Below are positions 1 through 13,700 of a stretch of DNA of 64,000 bases, in pieces; positions within the stretch are counted from its first letter, which is position 1; each line of letters opens with the position of its first letter. This stretch comes from Nymphaea colorata (Eukaryota). The position numbers and the translations under genes were made by a program. The stretch covers positions 13,578,001-13,642,000 of the forward strand of contig NC_045138.2 of assembly GCF_008831285.2 (NCBI RefSeq). The letters are read 5' to 3'. Under the pieces are notes generated by a model that saw only the letters and a program-made list of their open reading frames with translations, did no database searches and was not told the origin of the DNA.

Positions 1-219
1 AAATTACATCAACTTATAAAACTTAAGTTACCAACTCTTGAAATTGTATTTGATAACCGACAAGAAAGAAGAAATATACATCGCATGTTGTCTAGAAAAA
101 TAGATGGACTAGTTAACAACGCCAAAACCCTGATTCCAGTTCGAGTGGAAGTGGATTCCTTAATCTACGCATATCACCACCACCACAGAAGAAGAGAAAC
201 AAGGGTAAGCCAGTTTTAC

Positions 220-3200
220 CTTGCTCCATCTCTTATCAAGAAATTCATTGACGGCTATGGCATTTTGTCCATACATCATAGGTGATATCCAGTATCCCCA
301 TATCCACCATGGCTTGATGTCATCTGAAGCACAAAAAACACACGAGCACAACCTTAGCACGTCATGCCGTAACAATAGGTTGGATGATACTCTAATAGAA
401 GCTTGGAGCATGTCCTTTCATTCTAACAAGTCATCAAAATTTTTGAGTAATTCTTTCGATCAAAAAATTACATGGCATGCAAACGAGGGATATGAACTAC
501 TAACCTTTAGAGATCACAAAACCACCAAGTGCAAAAACCACAAGCAATGCAAAGGTTCCGATTGTGTTGGCAATAACCATTGTCCTCCCCACAGCTCCAA
601 GGAACCGAAATAGAGGAAGTGCCATCTGATGGACACATAGATATGCAAGGAATTGCCGGAAAAACCTAATAGAACAATTGGCATGAGTATATCAGGACAA
701 AGTTACTAACCTGGAATATAGATAGTACTACCATCTCAAAAATAAGACTTCAAGCTTCACCTTTACCAAGTTTTAAATGAAAGAAAAATTAGAAATCAAA
801 TGTGAATGAGCAAGTAATCACCTGCTAGCAGAAGGAGCAAACCCAATTGTATAATACGTGAGAATGATCCACAATGCTGACTCCAATACGGAGAGTGGGA
901 TCCTGAGAACGTAAATGGGCAAAGCAAATGCCCATGACGGATAGAACAGGAAATCCCTTTGTTTGTAAAACACAGGGAGCCTGCTAACAGTCATTGCCAA
1001 CTCTGCAAATCCATTGAACATCACATTAATCAAACTAAAGAATAGAGCTCCAAAGTACTTTCCACCATCTGCGATAGTTTCATGCTTCATCTTAATCCTC
1101 AGGAATACGGTCATGGTGATCAAAGACATGATAGTGATCTGGGTGGTCTTGAATATGTAAAGAAAAGAGTTCCTCTTCATGAGTAACCATTCTCTTGAAA
1201 AACAGGCCTTGAATAGGTCCCAATTACTCATTGTGTACTTCTTTGTTTCTAATGCTGCCGGGTGAGACTTTGTTTTATCATATGGGATCCTAAGATCAGC
1301 TGCTAGTTGTTGGCCACCTCGATAGTGACTGTAGGCTTCTGAGAACTCTTTAGCTGTGACATAGCGGTAGGGCGCATCTTTATCACTCCAGTATTGCTCC
1401 TGGTCCTTCTTTGATGTTACCTCTTGCAGGAAGTCTGCAACCCCTTTCCTTTCAGGGCACTTGAAGCCCATGGACTCAAAGAATTCAAGCACATGCTCTC
1501 GATCACCTTGGTAGACAACGTATCCCTCCGAAAGCAAAATTATGTCATCGAATAGGTTGTATGTCTCAGGTGCAGGTTGCAAAAGAGACATCAGCATGGT
1601 TCCATCCATGACACGAACAAATTGCCTAATGAACTTCACAATCTGGAAGGTGGTGGAGCTGTCAAGTCCAGTTGAGATCTCATCCATGAGCAATGCTTTG
1701 GAAGGTCCTACTAACATCTCCCCTGAAGAAAAAATGTTGACATGAAAATTACTTGGTTGTGCCAATGTTCAATGTTTCAAAATTGGAGTTGCAGACTAAG
1801 ATGACAAGAAAGGGGAGGACTTTTGGCACAATGATTGATGTTAGACACTTCAGATCTAATTGGTTTTTAGGAAAAAGGAAAATTTGAGACAGTAGTTTAT
1901 ACTTGTCCATAATTAAGCTATCCGTCGTCATACACCATTTGCAGAAAGATGAGATTTTGCTAGGATGCAACAACTTATCCATGAAAACAGAGGTACACCA
2001 AGATTTTGGAATATAGTCTGAATGCAACTTATCCAGAACTGTCAAGATGGTCGGTGCATCCAGAAAACCGTAAGAAGCAACCAATTCCAACTTTCGACGA
2101 TGTACTATAGAGAGCAAGAAGAAGCATGAGCTTCTTTTGACAATGTAAATGTTTAATTATTTCTTCACACTCAGCGCAAAAGCACAAAAATATACCTGTG
2201 GTCACCCTCTTCCGTTGCCCTCCAGAAATCCCTCTTATCATCTCGTTTCCCACTATAATATCCGCGCAGACATCTAAACCAAGGATCTGAAAGGGCACCA
2301 TTCAATATTGGTATACTGTCTATCAACATGTAATCCACAACTTCTCGAAAAAATCACAAATGACCAAGGAAGGCAAACGCGTAAACAAAGACACAAATAA
2401 AACGAAGGAGTTTTCCCTCCTAAATTTTTAACGAGCTAGCGCATTAAGCAAAATATGGTGGTCTGGTGGTATGTGGTATTTACCTTGATAACATAGTCGG
2501 TGACGACGCTGGCCTGCTGGCCTTGCATGGCGGCAGCCTTCATGAAGGCGTCGATCTCCGGGTCAGGCTTGATCCCCGCACTCCTTTCCCTCCTCACCAG
2601 CTCCGCAAGCATCTCGTACCTTGTCCCCACCCCTTGGCACCTCCCCGAGAAGTCGAGTGTCTCCCTCACCGTCATCTGCCCCTCGTGCACATCGTTCTGG
2701 CTGATGTAAGCGCACGTCCTCTGAGGCACGAACTCCGTTAACTCATGCCCGTTGTACGTGATCTTCCCCTCAACCTGCTTGGAAACATCGTCGTTTCAAT
2801 TATCATATGCATCACGTCAGTCTGCCATTGCCTTCTCTTACCACCATGCACTATGCAGCAATCTAATTATGGCACATAAGACAAGACTCCAGGTACTTTT
2901 TGCCTCCTATGAGTAACCGTTTGCTCAAACTTTGCACATTTAGTTTGTATTATAAATTACTCTGCTAGCTAAAGACAAAAAATTTTGGGCTCCTTAGAAT
3001 AATGCATCAAAATATTTTTCTCTTTTCAATCAACTCTTTCACAGAGTATACGTAATAAGAGGCAGATTCAATTCAATAATTTCTCTACATGTCTAATTAA
3101 GTTCTCTCTCTCTCTCTTCCACGGTCTTTCACTGTCTTCACATGGTCAGAACGGTTGGTTACGGTGCATGTCGAACGGACTTGTCCAACTCTAAGGGGCA

Positions 3201-6200
3201 ATAGCCTTGACTACTTGACCCAAGTGATTATTCAGAAACGGCAGCTGCTAGCGATCCGACCTTAACCTTAATGATTGGACTGGCCAGCCGGTTCCTTCAA
3301 CAGTAGGGATGTCAGGATTGGATTATATATCTTTAATCCTATTAGTTTTTTTTTAATATTCAAGATTCAAATTTGAATAAAAAAAGCCACATTTGAATTC
3401 TGATATTACAGATCCAAATCTAATTTTTATATTTATATCTGAATCTAAATTTTGAACCGACTTCCCCAGTTTTCAAAATTTAATAGCATTAGATACAGTT
3501 TTCTTTTTCTTTTTTTTTGAAGAGTGTATATTGGTTTCGTGCATCTAGACGTTTGTACCATCCAATTGGGCTCCCCAAAGAAACATATGGCCCTCCCTGA
3601 TGCTGATGTGCCAAGCCGTCAAGTATGACTGGCAATAGCCAGAGCAAGCTGTTCACATAAAAGAAACTATACATGTTGAACTCTGAATAGGGGGGAGAGA
3701 GAGAGAGAGAGAAAGTCTCACCTTTAACTCGCTATCGAGTTTTCCAGCAAGTGCCAACAGCAATGTTGTCTTTCCCGAGCCTGGAGGCCCCAGCAGAAGT
3801 GTCATCCTGACAAGATTCAAAGCCAAGTTTTGAAGTGCAGGACCAAGGGATTAAAAAAAAAAAAAACTGCACACAAACCAACTTATTTTGCAGCAGCGGG
3901 GCTAACTTTAGATGGTGCATTAAGTACCTTCCAGGTCTTAAGATTCCGGAGGCGCCCTTGAGGATCTGGAAGGCCCTCTTCTTAGATGGAAACAGCCTCA
4001 TGCAACCCAGGAGCCCCTGTCGCATCAAACGGCATAAGAGAAAAAGAACTGCCCTTCTTTCATTAATTTATCGGCCAACTATAAATATTTTTTGGTATCT
4101 TCAGGCAGAAGTTTAGAAAATTATGAAACGAAAGCGATTGATTGTCCCTGAAAGCTGAAGTTTTTCTGACATTTCCTTTACTTTGATTTTCGCCTTTGGT
4201 GTTCTTCTTTTTCATATGGCTTTTCGGAAACCTTTTTCTCTTCTACTTTTCATTTGAATCATGAGGGTTGCACCAGACCGGCACCTAAAGTCTTGCCCCT
4301 TGAGAATAGTCAAAGAAAGGCACAACATATTGTTTTCCCCTGACAACGCCGCCCGTAAAACCTAAATTTCTTAGACTTTTTGTAATATCTTTTCGATTTT
4401 TTTTAGCCTCTTGGAAAATCAAACCGCTCCTTCTTCATCGTTTCTTCATCCCCTCACCCCCACCAAAATAAATAAATACAATAAATAAGAACCCAAGATT
4501 TTTTTATTACTCTGTGTTTTTGTCATTAGCAATAGCAAAACAGTATTTTTCGTCATCTATCAATTGTAGGAAAAGCGCATATTTAACTATGTGAAGACCT
4601 TATGTTTCTAGTTCATTATTTTGTTATCATTATGAATAGAAAAAAAAGGTGCTGTCCATTAGAAAAACTTGTCGCGACTTTTGAACCCAAGTTAGCAGCC
4701 AATTGGCTTGAAGGCTGTGGCAAAGTATTGGCTCTTGCGCCGGCATCCAGGAAAGTTGAAACTCCCCTGATGCCATGCTTCTGCAGAAATGTCAAAAAAA
4801 GCAGACACATCACGCTGTCAGACAAAAGGCCATCAATATGACCTCCCTTTTTCAATTCAATAAATGGAGTCCACGAACCATATTCAGATCTGGCAGGCCT
4901 GCCAGCTCTGCGGGAACTTTTCACGATCTATATCCAGATCTTGTTTGTCTGTTTCTTTGGACTAGACTCGATTATTTTTGTATCCTCCAAAACTAGCACC
5001 GGGTCTCGAGCTACCCACACATCCAGTTGGTTGTGTGACCACAGCTGAGCACATATACAACGGATTCGGACCCACTTCACGATCCATTTTCGAGATCTAC
5101 GAGCCAATACGCTGATAATATACTGATTTCAGGTCCAAGAACTTAAAATTATCGTTTTATTCTGAATCAGAAGCCCCCACCATCGTAGATGTAGTATATG
5201 GGGGGATTCATATCTTTCTTCCCACAGCCTGTGGAGCTCATTTAAACAAGTGCCCGTCACCATGGAAGCCTCTGCAGGTGGATTTAGTCGCATCACGTGG
5301 TAATCGCAGACGATGAGCTAGGACCAAAGGCGCACGCACTTTCGTTTTTCTACGTTGGGGTCAGGAACATGTGATATTGATAGGGACGGAGCTAGAACGG
5401 TCATAAATGACTTTTGTTTTTTTTTTTTTTTTGAAAATATTACACACTAAAATCCTAAAATAGAGGTATACTGAAGCAGTGAAATAACATTCTTCCCTAC
5501 ATAATTGCAATGGAAAGAAGATTTCTTCTCATTGTAAACTTCACCTGTCTTGCAATTGCAAATTAGAGGGTGAATTTAAAAGAAAAATTAGACGGGTTGG
5601 GAGGAGTCTCCTTTATTTTCACCAAAGTGTCACCCTACTAGTCCACTGATCAGTTGGCTGGTTGTTTTCAGAAAAAAAAAAAAAAAGAACAGATTCAAAC
5701 ATCCTAAAAAGCTGATGCTCAGGCAGCCATAAAAAGCGTGGATTAGATGCTCAAGCAGGTCTAAGGTTTATGACCCACTGTCTGAAAAGGAAGGAAACCT
5801 TCGTTCAATGTTGTGTAGCTGTCTAACAGTGGGTCCTCAACTTGGGTTGGGCCTGCACTTTATCTCATAAGAGTATAACACGTATAAGAATTGAACTGGT
5901 GACACGAGTTCTTCTGCTCGACCAGCTATACTATATATTATACTTTTTTTTAAGATATGCTAGCTTCCCGGTTTTGATAGTTGCTCTTGCTAAAATTATT
6001 GTAAATCATGTCATATGGGGCAGATTGAGGGATACTAGATAACTTTACTCTTCCTTACAAAACATAATTGCGTGTTTCACAGCGCCTGATGCTACTCAAA
6101 CGGCCAATTCTTCTGTACTTTTTACTTTTAATATTTCTCCTGTAGATTAAGCTCAAGTATATGAGATCATATTTCTTCAATAACTTTTTTTTTTTTAATA

Positions 6201-6875
6201 TAAACAAAAACTGTTATCAAAAAGTCCCCAATCCAGACGCGGGAGCGAGAACGAGAAAGAGATTGATTTTCACCTCGATGGAGTTGATAGAGGCGTTGAG
6301 GAGAGTGGGGAGGGCTCTGCCGCCGATGTGAGCATCTGCCTGCACGCTCAGGTTCTCGAAACGGACTTCGATCTTCGGTACGTCGATCCCAACTCTGAAA
6401 GAGTGCATGTCTGGGTTAGAGCTTTCTGCTTCACAGGCAGGCAGCGGTTGCTGTGCGTGCTTCTGTGAAAGAGAAAGAGAGGGAGAGACAAATTAAAAGT
6501 GAAGCAGTAGTACCTCTCTATCCTATCCCGGAGGCGGAGGAGGAACCTCTCGTTGTCCTCCTCCACCACCTTGAGCACGTTCTCGAGCAGCAGCTTCCGG
6601 TCGGCGATGTCCAGCCTTTTGACGTCCACCTCGCCGTGCACCACCTTCCCGTCCTCCATCACCTGTTTCAGCACGCTCTTCCTTATGCGGTCGTACGTGG
6701 GTAGCCTCTCGATGGCCGCCCATCTCAGCGCCTCCTCGTCGTCCACGTCCTCCCCTCCAACTCTAGCGCTTCTCCTGAACACGTCCTCCGAGCTGCCCCA
6801 CACCTCCCTCAGGCTCCCCGTCCGCCTCCATCCCCCGCCGCCGCTTATCGCTCTCCTCAGCTCGTCCCCTGCCAT
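220..6875 (-). CDS. Full-size ABC transporter G family / pleiotropic drug resistance (PDR) protein, probably PDR2/ABCG34/ABCG39-like; 5' part only (~735 aa visible), gene continues beyond window position 1
   Basis: Exons deduced from GT-AG sites (minus): 6875-6514, 6394-6274, 4016-3928, 3806-3722, 2774-2484, 2286-2196, 1722-822, 665-505, 323-220, joined in frame. Motifs: [19 protein letters not shown] (PDR N-terminal signature), Walker A region [14 protein letters not shown] signature [15 protein letters not shown], Walker [30 protein letters not shown], first TMD (LPVFYKQRD). Confidence 0.95.
3304..3490. mobile_element. Decayed MITE-like element in PDR intron 4
   Basis: Starts TAGGGATGTCAGGATTGGAT, followed by AT-rich ATTCAAATTTGAAT / GATCCAAATC motifs resembling the 22.7-kb element. 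Confidence 0.35.
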
Positions 6876-7029
6876 CCTCCTCTCTCCCTCCACCACCACC
6901 AAACACACACCCACCACCAACACTCACACACCCACCACCAACACTCACACACACCCAGAGAGAGGGAGAGAGAAAGGTGTTTGGCCGTGCAGATGGGAGA
7001 ACTCTGGTGTCAATTCTTAGCCCGTAAAA

Positions 7030-7060
7030 GGATGACTTAGGTGATGCGCTTTAACACCCT

Positions 7061-7097
<37 letters not shown>

Positions 7098-7480
7098 CGT
7101 ATGCTGCTCCATTTGATGAGCAGTCCTCCATGACGTCGTCGTCGTCGTCGTCATACCGGGCCCGCTCCCTTTCTTCTGGAAAAGCTATGACTGGTCATAA
7201 AGGTCGGCCATTGCCCGGCTCGAGTCGAAGGTCTCAACAGGAGAAGTTTTGGATTCAAATGAATGTTGATCAAGTTGAATTGTGATCCACAGGGGTCACA
7301 CCTTTCAAGCTATTCTCCAAGTCAATGAGTGTTTGAAAAGTCAAGCTCGGACCTGCTCTCAGTTTTGAATTAACTCAACATCCCATATTAATGCAAATGG
7401 TGGTCTCTTTGAATTGGAGAAGGTGGAAATATGAGGCACGGAACCATAACAGCAACCACATCTTTACTTTCGGTCAAGTC
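7030..7480 (-). promoter_or_regulatory. PDR proximal promoter: (AT)n TATA-like tract, TGACG/CGTCA (TGA/as-1-like) motifs and W-boxes
   Basis: (AT)n 7069-7097; TGACG 7131-7135 and CGTCA 7149-7153 flanking a (GTC)n run; AGTCAA 7320-7325 and 7339-7344, GGTCAA 7472-7477 (TTGACY on minus strand). Confidence 0.45.
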
Positions 7481-10400
7481 CTCGTTAGACATCCACATGG
7501 GATTGATTGAGTTGGTCCAACTTGGCGTGGTCCTATTTCCCCGAAGCGTGCCAAGACAAGGAAAAATATCTCCAGAGGAATGTAAAAAGCGTTTTCCTTT
7601 TTTTTTGGTTACATATTCCAAAAAAACAGAAGGGGCACTGGACTTTCTTGGTGAGTCTCTAACTATGCATGGGCTCTCCCGAGAAGTTCATTGTCCATGT
7701 TGTTTTCCTTCACTCAGTATTCGGTACTTAATTTGAGGTTGGCATGCGGACTACTCTTCTGCAAGAAAAAATTTCTGAGAAGATCTGCCTTTGTGGTTTT
7801 CATAATTTCCTGGATTATCTCCTTGTCAAACAAACAAAAAGAGTTGTATTCATTTGAAAACAAAGACAACCGCGACAGCCAGGTTCTTCGTTACTATAGT
7901 GACAAATTCGTTCTCTAAATTCAACAATAATGAAGAAATTCATGGCTGATTACGTGCTTCCCAATTTTCAATTTTCAATTTCAAATTTTTGAGTTGTTCA
8001 AGGGCTTCACGTAATTGTGGTGGCGTGGTGAGCAAGAGAACCGCCTACGATACGAATCCTTTTAATTATAATGTTGTCTCGTTATCACTTTTCAGGTATT
8101 CAATTCAAGCGAATTTTTCCTTGCTACCAAACTTGGTGTGGCGGCCAAGCTTTTGGACTCTATACTGCTAGCCCGCCAGCCCTAGAAGGTTGGACGGGCT
8201 CAAAATGTTTTTGCTACACCAGAGCTCTTCAGTCTGTTGTCGTAATATGCAAGAATACGTACGTCACTCTAACTTCAGTTTTAGCCGCTCACGATAAGAA
8301 ATAAAACTATGGTACTTAAAATTTTGAATATTTTAACTACTGTCTCAAGTGAATAGGTGGTGACTACAAGAGAAATTTACAAGCATCAAACTTTGGAGTA
8401 TATATATATATATATATATATGCGTGTACCCATCACCTTGCAAAGGCAGTCAAGTACGGATGTCATATTGTCCCGTCCTTATCTACCCATAATCCAGACA
8501 AATTAAGTCGTACATCTTATAAAACCTAAAATTAAGCCTCCTACATCTTACAACTCTCAGGATATAATAAAAAATAAGTATATAATATACATATCTCATT
8601 TTAAGGAAAAAAAGAAAAAAGAAAAGAAAAGGGTGGTTAACTGGAAATGATTTACTGTGGGCTCTCCCTTTAAAAGTTTACTTTTGCGTGTTAAGGGACG
8701 TTTGACAATAAGCACTAAAGTAGTGTTTCCTGAATTCATTTTAAACATTGCGATAAACCATGCCCCCTCAAAATCAAGTGCATTAAACTCTTTATTATGA
8801 CAATGCGCGGACCTGTACAGAAAGGAGAACGACGCATACGCATGCGTGTCCTTAATGCGATGTTGGCATTTTTCTGCTTCTTTGTTGGCATCCTTGCGAA
8901 AAACCAGGCCATAAAGGAGCTGAGTCCATACGATTGGTCGTGGCGGCCAAGGGAGAGCAGACTAGAAGTCCTTTATAACCAGGAAAACAGATTCAGAGAG
9001 ATTTTCTTCCCTACCAAACTTGGTGCATGCAAGCTTTTGACTATTGAACTTAAAGGAAATTCAAAACCATGAATGTAAAGGAGCCATTACTCTTTCCAAC
9101 CGAGATGCAGAAATGCGTCAATGTCCTTCTCCCAACAAATCGGAAACCAAAACCAAAAGCGCGTCATCTTTTTCAGATTTCCCAGCAAACGAAAAATTTT
9201 GTAGAGGCAACTCCAGTCTCGACAACTCCTGTGAGCGTTAGACCCTTTTTCTCTATAGCTATTTCAGGAGATTTGGTCTGATCAAAGGTGCAGGCAGGAA
9301 AATACCATGAAACCGAGTCACGTCACGGACTCTAATGGCTTCTAGAACTGGCTGATCTTTCACGAGTCAATATTTAAGACACGTTTTATGTCAACTTCCG
9401 AGAGACCCGCTCCAACCGAAGCTTCCATTGGGTACAACGCAGGGGCACATACACACCACACAAGCGCGATTAGTTTTTGTTTTGAATCTTTCAGTGTCAA
9501 CTTTTTTGCGTTGTGAAAAGTGAATTATCGAAGCACAATAGAAATCATGTGTTGAAGCACGAAATTAGGTCACATACTCTTAGAGATGAGGGGTTCGATG
9601 GAAGATTCGTGGCCGTTCACCTGCTAGTACGTAGCTGCTATTATACTAGGACCCCTGATTTTATCGGATGTTAATTTTGGGAGTAAAGCCACAGTCTTTG
9701 GATTACTCTAAATATTATTGCTTTTTAGGTTTTCACCAAGTGAACGGCCAGACCTACCGATCCAGGCGCTAATCGGGGGAGTAGCGGTGATTCTGAATGA
9801 AAGATGACGCCCAAAACATAAAAAAAAAAAAAGCAGGCATTTCACCGTGTTGACAAACCAAGTTCGATAATTTTTCTATTTGTGGAGACGAAACCGTTTG
9901 ATGAAATGGCTACAAGAACTTTTGCTAGTCAGACTGTTATAACAGATTGCATATATGAAGCTGATGATGTTCCGTCCAATGAGGACCAGACGTTGAACAA
10001 GATTCTATTGACTTGCTAACGTTGTGGTTTTTGAACCACTTATATTTAAGTCAAACAACAAAAATATCTCGGAAAAAAAAAATCTTCTAAGCAATCAAGC
10101 AGCGAGAAAATATCCACTAACAAAATTGTTGTTCCATGGGTTAGACCCCAAATAAATTACTTCTTTCCAACAGTGAATTTTGTTCATCGACCGATCAATT
10201 TTGACCCATCAATTAATTGGGTGGTTACAATCAAAGCGGGATTGAGATTAACGAGTACACACGGGTTAAGAAGTCGTAGTTTGAAAGCACATCGGTTTCG
10301 TGGTCAATAGGAAACCTGCCATGGCGCTGTAACCCATCGGCGCGAAAAAAGGTTTTAACATTTTCCGTTGGCAAGAGATGCGCAACTAACAAGGAAAATA

Positions 10401-10712
10401 TCTAGCAACGTGGCACGGAATGGACATGACTCCTCTTTTTCTTCCACATTTTTTGAGGATCTTCAGCTTTGTTTTCCTTTTACAAATTTTCATCTGATAA
10501 TAATACAAAATCTACAGGGTATGCATTCTAAATGTATATACAAAAATAGTACAACTTGGCCAGTCAAAATAGCCCCTTTCGTAACAACCGTCGCCAAAGA
10601 CCATCCCGACTACAACCTTTATCGGACATCCCACCCACCGGCATATCTTCCTGCGCACCCCGGAGAAAAACCTCAATTTTGGCCTTCTTAATCCCACAAG
10701 CGCACAATCCCC

Positions 10713-13700
10713 TTACCGTTGCTGCAAGTCAATCAACGTCCTCGGGGAGACATGGGAATTTTGCTTTGCGAAGGCAATTCTCACTGCCATGACCGACTTG
10801 AATACAGCCAAGTCTGCAGTACGCATGAGAGACTGTGCCTTCCTCCGTTTTGAAATAGCTGCTTCCCTTGCTTTGCTTGCGGCTTCTTGGGCTTCTCGAA
10901 TCTTGCGCAGTTCTTCAGCATACGCTGCTTCTGAAAATACAATGACGGAGAAACAAGCTCAGATCAAATTTCAAACTGTTAAGAAATATGACACGATAAA
11001 TTCTTCTTGAAAAGAAATCAATCTACAACATCCAGAGTCCTCAACTGTCTCCAGCCACCACGTCACTTCCACAATCTAAGCAAATTAAACCGTTTAAGAC
11101 GACACGCTTGGAACTGGAGCGCAATTTTTGTAGTTTATTTGATAGATTAAAGCACAGACAATGACGGGATCATAGCATTTTATTCGAGCAATGCTGCCGG
11201 AAGGCATGTTTCTATAAGAAAAAAATAAAAACCTGAAGAACGTAGACTACTGGGAAACGTAGAAAAGCTCATAAGGATATTATTACCTTGTAGAAAAGCC
11301 TCTGGCTTGCCTCGACCTCCTTGACGACGGCCTGACCTAGTCATCTTGAAAGATCTCTTCTTCCTCAAGAATGGTTTTTGAATCAGCTGTGCTCTCTTCA
11401 TTGGTGGTCGCTGAAAGATGATTGAAGTGTACCAGTCAGAAGACTGTGATGGCAATCAAAGCTATAGCACACTATTCATCAGCAAAAAATGACTCGCTAC
11501 CATATTAATAAAGTTGGGGATAAGGGAAAAAAATATCAGACAGCACCAGTTATACCCTTATAGGTGATGAAACTAAGACTTGACAGAAACTCTGTCAAGA
11601 ACAGCAGGTTCAAACACTCAACAGACATGGCAAGTAAAACCAGCACGGTAGCGAAAATTGCCAGTTCAGTTACCTTGTCATCCCATACCACAAAACAGTA
11701 GCCATCTCCAACTCTTACTCGTAAGTATAGAGAACAGGCTTCACCAGAAATTCAAACTATAGCCCTCCATTAAGGCCATGAAACTAGTACCCGTTCAATC
11801 ATCACATCCAAAATATCAAGTACTCAATGACGCCAACTATAATAATCTCCCATTCTGTCACTCTCCTATTTAATTAGACTGTAGCAGTTAATCACTGAAC
11901 TTCCACATGCAGAGATGAACATGTCAATGGATTTCAAAACAATAAATATTGACCACTCTCAGGGCCAATTTAAGTGGTAACAAGTATCCTACAACATTGT
12001 TCTCCAAAATTTTTGAACTGTAAACATCTGGCGAAAGAGTTTTCAGGTATTGCAGCAGCATGATAATGACGAGGAAGGAAAGCATAAGGGGCCAGAACAC
12101 AACTATTTATCAATGACACTTGTGTCCAGCAAGGATGGCCATGGTCCTACATGGTTTCCATTCAAGAACCCATACCCAAATCAGCATGATCAGCAAAAGC
12201 ATGGGATCTCGTGCCAGAACTTCAAAGGAAAGATAAACATGTAGTCAGTAGTCACCTATAAGATGGAGTACTAACTGCAGTTGCATATAAGGTGAACACT
12301 AACTGAAACGGACTTGCGCAACACCAACTTGCACGAGTTACTATAATAAAAAGTATTTGAAATTTGGATCGGGTTAGGTTCACATCCACACGGCTAACAA
12401 ATGAAATCAAGAGAAGAAGAGCATTAAGCTGGGTTGAGCCCACCAATATACAGGTTAACCTAAAACACAAGTCACTGGGATCATTCAAATCAAAAACCCA
12501 ACATATGAAAATATTTTCTCCAGAACCTTAAGCTCCTAAGCTCCACTTTGACATTGCCTACAGGAAACCTTTACGGTTGATAACCGATCACTCTATAGTT
12601 CAAATCACCCAAAAAAAAAAAAAAAAACATTACTAAGTGAAATGTTGTGGCTTCAAATATATAGGACGTCAGATAATATAGGCTAAAATCATGAAAGGTT
12701 GAACATAGTCCATGCTTTATGAGGTACCACTTGTGTGTCTACACATCTGAACAATACAATACATTGGAAAGGGATGGAGCAAGTCAGCTAAAGTAAACCC
12801 AAATCAATTTGTCAGCAGGTGAACAATAACAAAGATTGTCCTGCAAATAAAAGACCTATCGTGCAGTTATTCCTGTCACCACATATACACACAGAGGTAC
12901 ATGCTTCTTAAAACTTTCCGTGAAGGTATGCCAAATCATAACAGCTGCACTTGCACTACAACACATGTAACTTCGACAAATAATACAATGAAAATCAACT
13001 CGGCACTCTCGAGTGTTTGATAGCACAAATGTAGTCATGAACTTTTCCAATAGCCAAAACAAAAGGGAAACATGATCCTAAACCTCATGGAAGCAGCAAT
13101 AAAACTTATGGTTCTCCTTGATGCCACAAAAAAAAAAAATTTATCTTATGTATAAAGAAAAATGCCCATAAACAGCTGCCCGCTTGAGAATGCAGACTAC
13201 CCCTACTACAACAACCTTTTTAGGTCCAGGATCTTAACATTTAGAAGATGCACAATGATAGTGATCCAAAGTCAGATTCCCAGAAGATCCTTCACTGCAA
13301 CCAACCAATGGCATCCACTCATTACAAGGACCATATGTACCCAAATCAGGAGCAAAACTTTGTTATGCACTATTATTATGTCATCATTTCTATAATTACA
13401 TTTGCCATATCTTTTCAGCACATATTTTTCAGCGGTATAAATATGTTTCATCACCATAATCAACAATATCATCCACAGCTATTCCTCAGGAGCTTCCTTA
13501 AAATGCAGTCTCAGAAAATTAAAAAACAAAATGAAATAAAACCAAGAGATAGTAGAATCATAAATTATTAATAAATAGTAATTTTCTTGATAAAGCATTC
13601 ATAAAAGCTTTTAAGAAAGTAAATAATATCAAAATATTATTTATGACACAATAAATATTATTTATGACACAATAAATATTATTTATGACACAATAAATAT

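Noticed and set aside
6453..7020. Plus-strand ORFs of 83-155 aa overlapping PDR exon 1
   Set aside because: Antisense shadow ORFs of a GC-rich exon; no recognisable protein features.
8693..8768. Possible tiny Tourist-like MITE
   Set aside because: Terminal complementarity too weak and no TSD.
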